Assembly: GCF_036365525.1 (NCBI RefSeq)
Contig: NC_090374.1
Span: forward strand, 15,169,168 to 15,233,167
Length of the DNA stretch: 64,000 bases
Source of the DNA: Heterodontus francisci
Lineage: Eukaryota
Direction of reading: 5' to 3'
Shown: piece by piece, positions 1 through 12,850 of the stretch
How positions within the stretch are numbered: the stretch's first letter is position 1
Layout: every line of letters begins with the position of its first letter
Program-made: the position numbers and the translations under genes
The notes under the pieces: generated by a model
Database searches by the model: none
Seen by the model: the letters and a program-made list of their open reading frames with translations, nothing else
What the model was told of the DNA's origin: nothing

Positions 1-643
1 AGGTACGATTCTACCTTTCAGTTTTTCTAGATTAAATGTGTTCTATCTTCTTAATGTTATATCATTACAACAATCTATGTCAAATTAACATTTAATCTGC
101 ATGCCTTTTTTAGCTGTAGCCATATTAGACTCCCATGGGAATGGGCTTTAAATATCCCTCAGATTCCCATGGGAATGGAGCTCACAGCTGTTGAGAATTG
201 ATGCACACAATGGAATACAATACCTGCAAGGGCGGTGGAAGCAGATTCAATAATAACTTTCAAAAGGGAATTGGATAAATATTTGAAAAGGAAAAAAAAT
301 GCAGCTGTCTGGGGAAAGAGTAGGGGGATGGGACTAATCAGAAAACTCTTGCAAAGAGCCTGCTCAGGGTCGATGGGTTTCTGATTACATTCCAGTGAAC
401 CCTATTGGATTTCAGGATTGGATAAGGTATGACAGCGATTCCCTCCCTGACCGAATAGCCCGATGGCGCTTTCTGCCTTTGCTCCCAGGTGAATAATGCC
501 AGGTGGGTTTGTTATTGGTGGCTGGTAGTGCTTAAAGACCTGTACCGCAATTAGAGAGCAATCCTCTGGGTGAAAAGGGGAGAACATTTAGGAAAATACT
601 TATACTGTTTCACTTTGAAATTTCTGGGTACTTCTGACTTTAG

Positions 644-835
644 GGAGAGCAATTTTAACCTAACTCTCTGATTGAGAAGCGGATAGTATCAGCAGCAATG
701 CTAGTCTCACACCATCCGTCCGAATTTATACTCTACTGAAGTTGTTATTGTGTAATATCAGGCAGGGTGTCAAACTGGTATTCCGCCCAATCCCAGGGGT
801 TTCCCTCCAGGTGAAACTGGTTAAAATAACTCTCC
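644..835. mobile_element. Short MITE with ~17-bp terminal inverted repeats
   Basis: Left ggagagcaattttaacc; right end reverse-complements to ggagagttattttaacc. Confidence 0.65.
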
Positions 836-859
836 AGTCGCCGAGTCTGTGGGCCCTCT

Positions 860-1460
860 CTATCACAAAGATGAACTGCTTCCATCTCTGATATCATCTA
901 CCTTAGCCCATCTGCTGGTGAAACCTTATCTGTGCCTTTGTTGCCTCCAGACTCAACTAATCCAATGGTTTGCTGGCCAGCCTCCCATCCTGAAGTCAGC
1001 TCATCCATGACTCTGTGGTCCTTATCCTATCAGGAACCAAGCCCTCCTCGCCCGTCACTCCTGACCTCACTCACCTTGTTTGTCAGTCCTTTGATGCCTC
1101 AAAGTTTAAAATTTGCATCCTCGTGTTTTAATCCTTTTAATGTCTCTCATCTCCATCTCTGCAACTTCCTCGAGTCTTGCAAACATCTGAGAACTCTCCA
1201 TTCCTCTGTCTCTGACCTTGATCCTCCATAATCCTCACCTCCACCCATGCTTTCAGATGCCTAGACCCCCCTGCTTGAGAGATCCCTCCCTAAACCCCTC
1301 CTCTTTTTACTCCTTTTAAGATGCTTAAATACCCATTTGACCAAGGTTTCATCACCAATCCTAATATGTTTTTGGCTCAACATCCAATTGTTTTGACCCT
1401 GCCTTGTGAAGCATCTTGCGGTGTTTTTCTACATTAAAATATTATATAAATGTAAGTTTT
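860..1460 (+). mobile_element. L2-like LINE 3' remnant
   Basis: Degenerate LDYSN.LLAGLP coding and L2-type tail. Confidence 0.6.
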
Positions 1461-1635
1461 GTGCCATCACCACTGACACAGTTGGATAGTTGTGTGTCTA
1501 TGGGTCACTGAGAGTGAGACCTGATATAACATGGGTTCAGTGGAACTTCTTGTGAATATTGTGTCTGTCCGTAATAACGTCTGTAGTTTGATTTCTTCTT
1601 TATAAATGCAAATCTTTCTTTTTCTTATCTCTTAG

Positions 1636-1697
1636 CTACCAGCCAGATTCATCCACGTATTGTAAAGTTAAACTGTATCAGCAGCAATCAACACCAG
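1636..1697 (+). CDS. Candidate cytoplasmic exon of a convergent gene, YQPDSSTYCKVKLYQQQSTP (ITIM-like SxYxxV)
   Basis: Long polypyrimidine tract ending cttag, donor CAG|gtatct; the reading frame is inferred. Confidence 0.5.
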
Positions 1698-2203
1698 GTA
1701 TCTGTGGATCCATTTATAGTGACTTCCAAAAATTAGATAACCATTCAATTATTTAACTTGAAGCTGGGATTATTCTCCTTAGAGCGGAGAAGTTTAAAGA
1801 GAGATTTGATGGAGGTATTTAAAATAATTTGAGGTTATGATAAAGTAAACGGGGAGAAACTTTCCAGTGACTGAAGGGTTTAGTAACCAGAGGTCACAGT
1901 TTGAAGCAAATTGGTAAAAGAACCCCAGAAGGGAGATGAGGAATTTGTGTTTTTTTTTTAAACTTAACGAGTTGATCTGATCTGGAATATACTGCCTGAA
2001 AAAGTGGTAGGAGCAGAATATGCTAGAAAGAATCTTGGAGCGGAATGTACTGGAAAGAAATAACAACAACAACTTGTATTTATATAGCACTTTTAATGTA
2101 ATAAAATGTCCCAATGCACTTGACATGAACATTATCAAACAATATTTGACACTGAGGTACATAAGGTAATATTCGGTCGGATGACCAAAAGCTTGGTCAA
2201 AGA

Positions 2204-2620
2204 GTCATAGAGTTATACAGCACAGAAACAGGCCCTTCGGCCCATTGTGTCTGTGCTGTCCATCAAGCACCTATCTATTCTAATCCCATTTTCCCGCACA
2301 TGGCCCGTAGCCTTGTATGCTATGGTGTTTCAAGTGCTCATCTAAATGCTTCACAAATGTTGTGAGGGTTCCTGCCTCTACCACCTCTTCTGGCAGTGCG
2401 TTCCAGATTCCAACCACCCTCTGGGTGAAAAAGGTTTTCCTCAAATCCCCTCTAAACCTCCTGCCTCTTACCTTAAATCTATGCCCCCTGGTTATTGACC
2501 CCTCCGCTAAGGGAAAATGTTTCTTCCTATCTACCCTATCAATGCCCCTCATAATTTTGTATACCTCAATCAGGTCCCCCCTCAGCCTTCTCCTGCGCCA
2601 AGGAAAACAACCCTAGCCTT
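2204..2620 (-). mobile_element. CR1 LINE 3' fragment inserted in an L2 remnant (L2 continues 2630-3017)
   Basis: TRGHRFKV..FFTQRVV..WNALP; flanking DYSNALLAGLP/QNSAA frame. Confidence 0.85.
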
Positions 2621-3123
2621 TCCAGTCTCTCTGGTGGAGCGATTAAAATCGGGGATGCTCAAGAGGCCGGAATTAGAGGAGCACAGCTATCTCAGAGAGT
2701 TGTGGGTCTGGAGTAGATTACAGAGATAGGGAGGGGTGAGGCCATGGAGGGATTTGAAAACAAGGATGAGAATTTTAAAATCAAGACGTTACTTGACCGG
2801 GAGCTGATGTAGGTCAGCGAGCACAGGGGTGATAGGGGAACAGGACTCTGTGCGAGTTAAGACCCAGGCAGCAGAGTTTTGGATGACCTCAGGTTTACAG
2901 AGAGTAGAATGTGGGAGACCAGCCAGGAGAGCATTGGAGTAGTCTACAGGTAACAAAGGCATGAATGAGGGTTTCAGCAGCAGATGAGCTGAGACAGAGG
3001 CGAAGTCAGGCAATGTATACATTAAATATGTAAAGCTGTGTTAACTTGACAAGGTGAGAACTTTCTTCCAGACAGACAGTGAAATTATCCCCAATCCTGA
3101 AGTAAATTCCTTCCCTTTTACAG

Positions 3124-3170
3124 AGTCAACTTGCAATGCCGCAGAATCGCCTGAAATGAACAATCAATAA
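3124..3170 (+). CDS. Candidate terminal coding exon (E)STCNAAESPEMNNQ*
   Basis: Acceptor ttccttcccttttacag; phase-compatible with the 1636-1697 exon. Confidence 0.4.
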
Positions 3171-5089
3171 TTGACCAGTTTTAGCGCATGTGACCCTTGA
3201 CTGCACCTTGGGACTAGACATCGCAGAAGGGAGGTTACCCCAAAATACAACAACTCAAGATCTGTTTCAGCGGAAAGGGATCAGATTCTGCGTGAACCCG
3301 TCATCATAAAAATGACAGCCCTATTCTGTGCATTGATACAATATGTGCGTTTGGGTGAATTGAGACTTCTACGGGTGTTTTTTAGGATTAGCTGGTTCCC
3401 TTGATGCACGCGAAGAGCCATCAATCACCAAAGGAATCTACTGTCTGATGGAGGATCCACAGTCTCATCCTGTAGGGCAGAACATCCCAGTTACCCATGT
3501 GAACCTGTGGACAGGTTGGCAAGAGCTACTGATTTGGAGCATCGAGTGTGTGTGTGAGTGAGTGAGTGTGTATCTGTGCCCGGGCCGCCGCCTTGAACTG
3601 TTGCCGTCCTTTGTAGCGGTTTGATACAGCTGAATGTCTCAGTGGGCCACGTCCGAGTGAAGAGTCATCCATGTTGGTGTGAGACTGGAATCAGGGCAGC
3701 AGGTCTCCTTCCCTAAGGGACCTAGTGAGCTATTTTGGTTCTTATGACAATCCAACAGCTTCGTGGTCACTTATACTAATACCAGCCTTTAATATCTGGA
3801 TTGAACTGAATTCAAATATTGCCATTTGAACTGGCGTGCTCTGGATTATTAGTGCAGTAACATGAACTCTGTGCTGTGATACAGTGATCATCAGGGTAGA
3901 ATATTGGGAAGCAGCTTCATCTGCTGGGACAAGCCAGCCGATTAAGCTCTGGGTTAACGAGCAAATCCGAGACCTGAGAGGGCTAAATCTCAGTACCGAG
4001 TCCTAACTAGGAGAACTGTGAACCTACTGGATCATGGAATTTACCCCAGAGCATAGACTCAGCTCTTGAAATAACCAGAAACCAGAAATAACAGGGAGCC
4101 AGCGGCCCTAAACTATCCCTAACAGCCCTAACCCCAGAATCTAGCTTCCCCCGAAGGAACATAGCCAACAATGTAAAATGCATAATTGTATTAGAAGGGC
4201 AGTGTCGGTTTATGCTGGTTAAGGGTATCAAGCGATAAGGAGCAAAGATGGGGAAATGGAGTTGATGTAAAAGGTAAGCCGTGATCTTATTTAAAGCTTG
4301 AGGGGCTGATGGCCTCCTCCCATTTCTATGTTCCCACTGCTGCCAAGTTCATACCCACTTACGCTATCCTCTGTGAATACCTCACACTGATTGCCAAGAG
4401 TTCTTTTCTCCAGTTCTCCTTGGATAAGACGGTTTGGAATGCGTGTCACACCAAGGATGTGCATTCTAGCAACTAGGGTACACCATGCAGGCCTTCAAGC
4501 CTGTTCGGTCATTCAGTCAAATCGTAACTGGTCTGCATCCCAACATTCTGTTTTCTTTCTAGGTTGTAGGTGGCCAGTATAGCACTGTGCTGCCCCCCTC
4601 CATCACAGTCTGTAAATAAAGTATGCATTTTGTAATAGTAGTGCACTCATATAATCTGTCTCCTCTCAAGGTACTGAAAGACAATAATTTCCAATAGACC
4701 TGATTTGTATTTGGTGTTTCAGCTGAAAGAAGCTTCATCTGACTAGTATTTACTCATAAATCTGTTCCGAGTCACTTATCTTTCTTGAAAGTCTACATTG
4801 GGAAAAATAATCCCAATTTTAGGGCATTTTCAATCGTTTGTCTTACCAGTTAGTCATCAAAGCTCAGCTTCTCTGCACAAGCCAACATCTTCAGTGTTCC
4901 ATTATTCAGGTAATATAATTGTGTGGCACATAATGGTCAAATATATTTTTATAATTTAAACCTTTAAACCTCTGTAGGCAGTTTCTGACCCTTTTTCTCA
5001 CGTACACCACTGGATCTCTAGTAAAACTTTGTGTCCATTTTGGTGGGTTAGTGCATAAATGGTTGACAAAGAATCTTTTTTTTTTAATG

Positions 5090-8000
5090 GGATGTGCGCA
5101 TTGCTGGCTAGGCCTGCATTTATTACCCATCCCTAATTGCCCTTAAGATGGTGCTGGTGAGCTGCCTTCTTGAACTGTTGCAGTCCATGTGGTGTAGGTA
5201 CATCCACAGTGCTGTTAGGGAGGGAGCTCCAGGATTTTGACCCAGTGACAGTGAAGGAACGGCGATATAGTTTCACATCAGGTTGGTCTGTAGCTTGGAG
5301 GGGAAATTGCAGGAGGTGGTGTTTCCATGCATCTGCTGCCCTTATCCTTCTAGGTGGTAGAGGTCGCGGGTTTGGAAGGTGCTGTCGAAGGAGCCTTGGT
5401 GCGTTGCTGTAATGCATCTTGTAGGTGGTACACACTGCTGCCACTCTGCGTCAATGGTGGAGGGAGTGAATATTGAAGGTGGTGAATGGGTGCCAATTGT
5501 TACGACCTACCACCCCAGTCAAAGCCCCCAATCAAAATATACGATTCTGATCGTGGTGGGAGAAACACACTGTTAATTCAATCCACAGATCGCCTAACAT
5601 ATCATTTTAACTTTCCAAATTAAAGAAAGACCCAGCCAAATGGTACCATCTATTAACCCCTGAATGAGGCTAACCAAACCAGATGTCTTTAAATCAACAA
5701 ATTAACTGTTTAATTGAAAAAAACTAATTTCTTAAACACTATGAAGATGTAAACAACATTTAAAATAGAAAAAATTGGATTCCTTGCAAATTTACAGTCC
5801 AATGTTGCTCGAAGTCCTCACTGCCGTCCAATGGGGGAGAAAGGTTTTTCAACAGTAGAACAGCCCATAGTCTAATTCCAGCAGTAATTGGTGCTTTCCT
5901 TCTCCAGCGATGGATTTCAACAATTAACAACTTGCAAACACTTTCAATAGAATCGATCTGGCTTTAGAGTTTTTGAGGGATAAAAGATTGTCGCAGTCGA
6001 ACTTCCCTTCTTCAGTTTAAATTATCAGAGATCTCTGTTTTGGCTTGACTTTTTTAGAATTTTGAGAGATAATAATTAAACAGATTAAATTCTCTTCCTT
6101 CAGTTTAAATGGCTGGGAGCTCTTCTTTCAGGTGTTAACACCAGCTGTCTGTCTGTGTTCTGTCAGAACAGACTGACTTCAACTAAAAAGCAGTTCAAAA
6201 AATAATTGCAACATTGTATATCCAGTCACGGGTCCCTCAATGGTTGTTGCAGGGTAACCAGGATGCATTCTCTGAAGCTGGTTGGTTCCCTCGCCATATG
6301 GTTGTATCCAAGGGCAACCAAAATGCATTTTCTCTAACTCCTGAGACTTGCTTGTTCTTGAAGCTTTTTTTCCAACCTGAAAGGCACACTGCGTTCTTCA
6401 CAAAAAAAAGCTACAGGACCATGACAAAATCAAGCAGGCTGCTTTGTCCTGGATGGTGTCAAACCTCTTGAGTGTTGTTAGAGCTGCACCCATCCAGGCA
6501 AGTGGAGAGTATTCCATCAGGATGGTGTGTGACTTGGAGGGGAACTTGCAGGTGGTGGTGTTCCCATGCATTTGCTGTCCTTGTCCTTCTAGGTTACAGA
6601 GGTCGTGGGTTTGGAAGGTGCTGTCTAAGGAGCCTTGGTGAGTTGCTGCAGTGCATCTTGTAAATGGTACACACTGCTGCCACTGTGCGTCGGTGGTGGA
6701 GGGAGTGAATGTTTATAGATGGGCTGCCAATCAAGCGGGCTGCTTCGTCCTGGATGGTGTCGAGCTTCTTGAGTGTTGTTGGAACTGCACCCATCCAGGC
6801 AAGTGGAGAGTATTCCATCACACTCCTGACTTGTGCCTTGTAGATGGTGGACAGACTTTGGGGAGTCAGGAGGTGAGTTACTCGCCTCAGGATTCCTAGC
6901 CTCTGACCTGCTCTTGTAGCCACAGTATTTATATGGCTACTCCTGTTCAGTTTCTGGTCAATAGTAGCCCCTAGGATGTTGATAGTGGGGGATTCAGCGA
7001 TGGTAATGCCGTTGAATGTCAAGGGGCGATGGTTAAATTCTCTCATGTTGGAGATGGTCATTGCCTGGTCCCTGGGTGGTGCGAATGTTACTTGTCACTT
7101 ATCAGCCTAAGCCTGGATGTTGTCCAGGTCTTGCTGCATCTGGACAGGGGCTGCTTCAGTATTTGAGGAGTCATGAATGGTGTTGAACATTGTGCAATCA
7201 TCAGCGAACATCCCCACTTCTGACCTTGTGATGGAGGGTGTGTCTTTGATGAAGCAGCTGATGATGATTGGGCCTAGGACACTACCCTGAGGAACTCCTG
7301 CAGTGATGTCCTGGGACTGAGATGATTGACCTCTAACAACCACAACCATCTTCCTTTGCACTAGGTATGACTCCAACCAGCGGAGAGTTTTCCCCTGATT
7401 CCCATTTTGCTAGGGCTCCTTGATAGCATACTTGGTCAAATGCTGCCTTGATGTCAAGGGCAGTCACTCTCATCTCACTTGCCCATGTTTGGACCAAGGT
7501 TATAATGAGGTCCGGAGCTGAGTGGCCCTGGCGGAACCCAAACTGAGCAGGTTATTGCTAAGCAAGTGCCGCTTGATGGCACTGTCAATGATACCTTCCA
7601 TCACTTTACTGATGATTGGGAGTAGACTGATGGAGCAGTAATTGGCCAGTTTGGACTTGTCCTGCTTTTTGTGTACAGGGCACGCTTGGGCAATCTTCTA
7701 CATTGCCAGCATTGTAGCTGTACTGGAGCAGCTTAGAGCACAGGTCTTCAGTACTATTGCCGGAATGTTGTCAGGACCCATAGCCTTTGCAGTATCCAGT
7801 GCCTTCAGCCATTTCTTGATATCACATGGAGTGAATGGAATTGGCTGAAGACTGGCAGCTGTTATGCTGGAGACTTCAGGAGGAGGCCGAGATGGATCAT
7901 CAACTTGGCACTTCTGGCTGAAGATTGTTGCAAATGCTTCAGCCTTATCTTTAGCACTGATGTGCTGGGCTCCCCCATCATTGAGGATGGGGATATTTGT

Positions 8001-8790
8001 GGAGCTTCTTCCTCCTGTTAGCTGTTTAATTGTCCACCACCATTCATGGCAGGACTGCAGAGCTTAGATCTGATTCATTGGTTATGGGATTGCTTAGCTC
8101 TATCGCATGCTGCTTACGCAGTTTGGTGTGCAAGTAGTCCTGTCTTGTAGCTTCACCAGGTTGACACCTCATTTTTAGATATGCCTGGTGTTGCTCCTGG
8201 CATGCCCTCTTTGTTGAACCGGGGTTGATCCCCTGGCTTGATGGTAATGGTGGAGTGGGGGATATGCTGGGCCATGAGGTTACAGATTGTGGTTGAGTAT
8301 AATTCTACTGCTGCTGATGGCCCACAGCGCCTCATGGATGCCCTGTTTTGAGTTGCTAGATCTGGTCGAACTCTATCCCATTCATCACATTGAAGTCCCA
8401 CGCCCCAGAGTACATTCTGTGCCCATGCTACTTCTTCCAATTGGTATTCAACATGGAGAAGCACTGATTCATCAGCAGGAGGTTTCCTTGACCTGATGCC
8501 ATGAGACCTAGAGTCAGTATTGAGGACTGCCAGGGCAACTCCCTCCTGACTGTATACCACTGTGCTGCTACCTGAGGAATGGTAATGTCTGGGATAATTC
8601 CGTGAGTATGACAAGGTCAGGCTGTTGCTTGACTAGTTTTTGGGACAGCTCTCCCAATTTTGGCACAAGCCCCCCCAGATGTTATTAAGGAGAATTTGAC
8701 AGGGCTGGGTTTGCCGTTGTCATTTCCATTGCCGAGGTCGATGCCGGCTGGTCTGTCTGGTTTCATTCCTTTTCTTAGGCTTTGTAGTAG
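5090..8790 (-). mobile_element. Decayed CR1/L2-group LINE (RT region) with internal duplication and LTR insertion
   Basis: GVPQGSVLGP, FADD, LGATIDQKL..HIN, YKAQVRSVMEYS motifs. Confidence 0.85.
5498..6426. mobile_element. Solo LTR (~930 bp)
   Basis: TGTTACG...CATGACA ends, 4-bp TSD caat/aaat; the LINE sequence is continuous across it. Confidence 0.8.
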
Positions 8791-9075
8791 TTTGATGCAA
8801 CTGAGTGGTTTGCCAGGCCATTTCAGAGGGCATTTAAGAGTCAACCACAGTGAGGACAGCAGATTTCCTTCCCTAAAGGGCATTAGTGAACCAGATGGGT
8901 TTTTACAACAATCGTTTCATGGTCACCATTAGACTAGTTTTTTTAAAATTCTAGATTTATTAATTGATTCACATTTTACTATCTGCTGTGGTGGGATTTG
9001 AACCCATGTCCCTAGAGCTTTAGCCTAGGCCTCTGGTTACTAGTCCAGCATCATTACCACTATGCCACTGCCTCC
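8790..9075 (-). mobile_element. tRNA-derived SINE (same family as 26615-27035)
   Basis: Reverse complement has an A box GTGGCATAGTGG and a B box GGTTCAAATCC. Confidence 0.7.
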
Positions 9076-10127
9076 CCATTATTGAGCTGGCCTGCCTGTA
9101 TTTCTACAGTGCTGAGCACTTACTGGGAGCTGATTGGTGGCTACTCCAGACTCATTGGATCTTCCAGCACAGAAGGAGGCCATTCGGCCTATTGTGCCTT
9201 TGTCAGCTCTTATTAAATCTCCTCTGCACCCTCTTTAAGGCCTTGATATCCTTTTTTAAAGTGTGGTGGCCGGAATTGGGCACAATACTCCAGCTAAGGT
9301 CTAACCAGTCATTTAGGAAGGTTGAGCATTATTCCCTTGCTTTTCTACTGTATTCATCTCTTTATAAAGCCAATGATCCTGTAAGCGTTTTTGAACTGTT
9401 TCATCTGTTTGTCCTGCGACTTTCAATTGAGCCCCTTCAATCAACAGAGAGAAAAAAAATTTCTCCTGACCCAGCGGTTATAAAAGGATTGGATGTTAAC
9501 TCAGCTGGGAAACGGAAACTAAGAGTTTCCCCCTGCATCTCCCCTGTCCCATTCCTGTTCTGGAATCATTAGATCCTGCCATTGTTTCCCCAGCGCCTTA
9601 CGAAGATAAATCGACCTCAATCGCCCCTCAAAGCAGAGTCAATAATTAATACAGATTCAATGGAATGTCTTTTCATGACTTTTATTGGTTACTAGTTACA
9701 TTTTCAGCATCAGGAATGCTTTGCAGGCTGGTGTGCTGGTTGCTCACTGTCTGCATTCAACTGGTTCCTGACTGGGGTAGAGATCACATCATACAGAAGG
9801 CAAGTGTCTTTACTGCAACAATGCCAATTTGCATTTATATAGCTCCGTTAACATAGTTAAACACCTCGCATCACAGGAGAGCCACATATGGAGATATTAG
9901 CACAGTTGATCAAAAGCTTGATCAAAGTGGCAGGTTTTAAGGAGGATCTTAAAGTAGGAGAGAGAAATGGAGAGGTTTAGGGAGAGAATTTCAGAGTTTG
10001 GGACACAAAGCAGCTGAAGGCATGGTCACCAAGGGGATTTGAAAACACCAATGAGAACTTTAAAATCGAGGGATTGCCAGTCTGGCAATCCCATGTAGAG
10101 TAAAGGCCTGCTCGGGTATAAAAGTGA

Positions 10128-11458
10128 AACCCGACCTGGGCCTGAACCCGAACACAGCCAATCCGAACCCGACCCGGGTCCGACCCGACCACAGCCAATC
10201 CGAACCCGAACCCGACCCGGGCCCCGACCTGACCACAGCCAACCCGAACCCGACCCGGGCCCCGACCCGACCCGACCACAGCCAATCCGAACCCGACCCG
10301 GGCCCCGACCTGACCACAGCCAATCCGAACCCGACCCGGGCCCCGAACCGACCACAGCCAACCCGAACCCGACCCGGGCCCCGACCCGACCACAGCCAAT
10401 CCGAACACGACCCGGGCCCCGACCCGACCACAGCCAACCCGAACCCGACCCGGGCCCCGACCTGACCACAGCCAACCCGAACCCGACCCGGGCCCCGACC
10501 CGACCACAGCCAATCCGAACCCGACCCGGGCCCCGACCCGACCACAGCCAACCCGAACCCGACCCGGGCCCCGACCCGACCACAGCCAATCCGAACCCGA
10601 CCCGGGCCCCGACCCGACCACAGCCAACCCGAACCCGACCCGGGCCCCGACCCGACCACAGCCAACCCGAACCCGACCCGGGCCCCGACCCGACCACAGC
10701 CAATCCGAACCCGACCCGGGCCCCGACCCGACCACAGCCAGTCCGAACCCAAACCTGACCCGGACCCGGGCCCGACCCAACCACAGCCAATCCAAATCTG
10801 AACCCGACCCGGGCCCCGACCTGACCACAGCCAATCCAAATCCGACCCAGGCCCAACCCGACCTGACCACAGCCAATCCGAACCCGAACCTGACCCGGGC
10901 CCGACCCGACCACAGCCAACCCGAACCCGACCACAGCCAATCCGAACCTGACCCGGGCCTGACCCGACCACAGCCAATCCGAACCCGAACCTGACCCGGG
11001 CCTGACCCGACCACAGCCAATCCGAACCTGAACCTGACCCGGGCCCGACCCGACCACAGCCAATCCGAACCCGAACCTGACCCGGGCCTGACCCGACCAC
11101 AGCCAATCCGAACCCGAACCTGACCCGGGCCTGACCCGACCACAGCCAATCCGAACCCGAACCTGACCCGGGCCTGACCCGACCACAGCCAATCCGAACC
11201 TGAACCTGACCCGGGCCCGACCCGACCACAGCCAACCCGAACCCGACCACAGCCAATCCGAACCTGAACCTGACCCGGGCCCGACCCGACCACAGCCAAC
11301 CCGAACCCGACCACAGCCAATCCGAACCCGAACCTGACCCGGGCCTGAACCGACCACAGCCAATCCGAACCCGAGCCCGACCTGACCACAGCCAACCCGA
11401 ACCCGACCCGGGCCCCGACCCGACCACAGCCAATCCGAACCTGACCCGGGCCCGGGTC
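10128..11458. repeat. GC-rich minisatellite with 38-bp then 43-bp units (CGACCACAGCCAATCCGAACCCGACCCGGGCCCCGACC)
   Basis: Direct periodicity, e.g. 10501 to 10539 and 11051 to 11094. Confidence 0.97.
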
Positions 11459-11487
11459 CTTTCATCTTTTTTCCCGCCAACCCAACC

Positions 11488-12850
11488 GGGTTGGCACAGT
11501 GGCGCAGTGGTTAGCACCGCAGCCTCACAGCTCCAGGGACCGGGTTCGATTCTGGGTACTGCCTGTGCGGAGTTTGCAAGTTCTCCCTGTGTCTGCGTGG
11601 GTTTCCTCCGGGTGCTCCGGTTTCCTCCCACATGCCAAAGACTTGCAGGTTGATAGGTTAATTGGCCATTATAAATTGCCCCTAGTATAGGTAGGTGGTA
11701 GGGAAATATATAGGGACAGGTGGGAATGTGATAGGAATATGGGATTAGTGTTCTTTCTTTTCTTTTTGGGCCTCCTTATCTCGAGAGACAATGGATACGC
11801 GCCTGGAGGTGGTCAGTGGTTTGTGAAGCAGCGCCTGGAGTGGCTATAAAGGCCAATTCTGGAGTGACAGGCTCTTCCACAGGTGCTGCAGAGAAATTTG
11901 TTTGTTGGGGCTGTTGCACAGTTGGCTCTCCCCTTGCGCCTCTGTCTTTTTTCCTGCCAACTACTAAGTCTCTTCGACTCGCCACAATTTAGCCCTGTCT
12001 TTATGGCTGCCCGCCAGCTCTGGCGAATGCTGGCAACTGACTCCCACGACTTGTGATCAATGTCACACGATTTCATGTCGCGTTTGCAGACGTCTTTATA
12101 ACGGAGACATGGACGGCCGGTAGCTCTGATACCAGTGGCGAGCTCGCTGTACAATGTGTCTTTGGGGATCCTGCCATCTTCCATGCGGCTCACATGGCCA
12201 AGCCATCTCAAGCGCCGCTGACTCAGTAGTGTGTATAAGCTGGGGATGTTGGCCGCTTCAAGGACTTCTGTGTTGGAGATATAGTCCTGCCACCTGATGC
12301 CAAGTATTCTCCGAAGGCAGCGAAGATGGAATGAATTGAGACGTCGCTCTTGGCTGGCATACGTTGTCCAGGCCTCGCTGCCGTAGAGCAAGGTACTGAG
12401 GACACAGGCCTGATACACTCGGACTTTTGTGTTCCGTGTCAGTGCGCCATTTTCCCACACTCTCTTGGCCAGTCTGAACATAGCAGTGGAAGCCTTACCC
12501 ATGCGCTTGTTGATTTCTGCATCTAGAGACAGGTTACTGGTGATAGTTGAGCCTAGGTAGGTGAACTCTTGAACCACTTCCAGAGCGTGGTCGCCAATAT
12601 TGATGGATGGAGCATTTCTGACATCCTGCCCCATGATGTTCGTTTTCTTGAGGCTGATGGTTAGGCCAAATTCATTGCAGGCAGACGCAAACCTGTCGAT
12701 GAGACTCTGCAGGCATTCTTCAGTGTGAGATGTTAGTGTAGGATTAGTGTAGGATTAGTATAAATGGGTGGTTGATGGTCGGCACAGACTCGGTGGGCCG
12801 AAGGGCCTGTTTCAGTGCTGTATCTCTAAACTAAACTAAACTAAACTAAA
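11488..12850 (+). mobile_element. HE1-like tRNA-derived SINE interrupted by an RTE; (TAAAC)n tail
   Basis: A box TGGCGCAGTGG, B box GGTTCGATTC, CR1-like 3' end gggccgaagggcctgtt. Confidence 0.85.
11751..12733 (-). mobile_element. RTE-clade LINE, 3' portion with C-terminal C2H2 motif
   Basis: FTYLGS, LLYGSEAW, LRWLGHVSRMEDGRIPK, CSTCGRACHSRIGLYSH; ttagtgt duplicated at both flanks. Confidence 0.92.

Noticed and set aside
130-180. Two copies of the palindrome TCCCATGGGA
   Set aside because: Too short and without context to support a function.
4906-5130. DPVVYVRK as another cytoplasmic exon
   Set aside because: Poor splice sites, no QAET end, and it lies far beyond the stop-bearing exon.
10128-11458. 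CRISPR-like regular repeats
   Set aside because: There are no unique spacers and no cas genes, and the context is eukaryotic.
11498-11560. tRNA-like sequence
   Set aside because: It is a SINE head with A/B boxes and lacks a complete cloverleaf.
9977-11631. Three overlapping 470-520-aa Gly/Arg/Ser-rich ORFs
   Set aside because: Artefact of a stop-free minisatellite that is open in all three minus frames.
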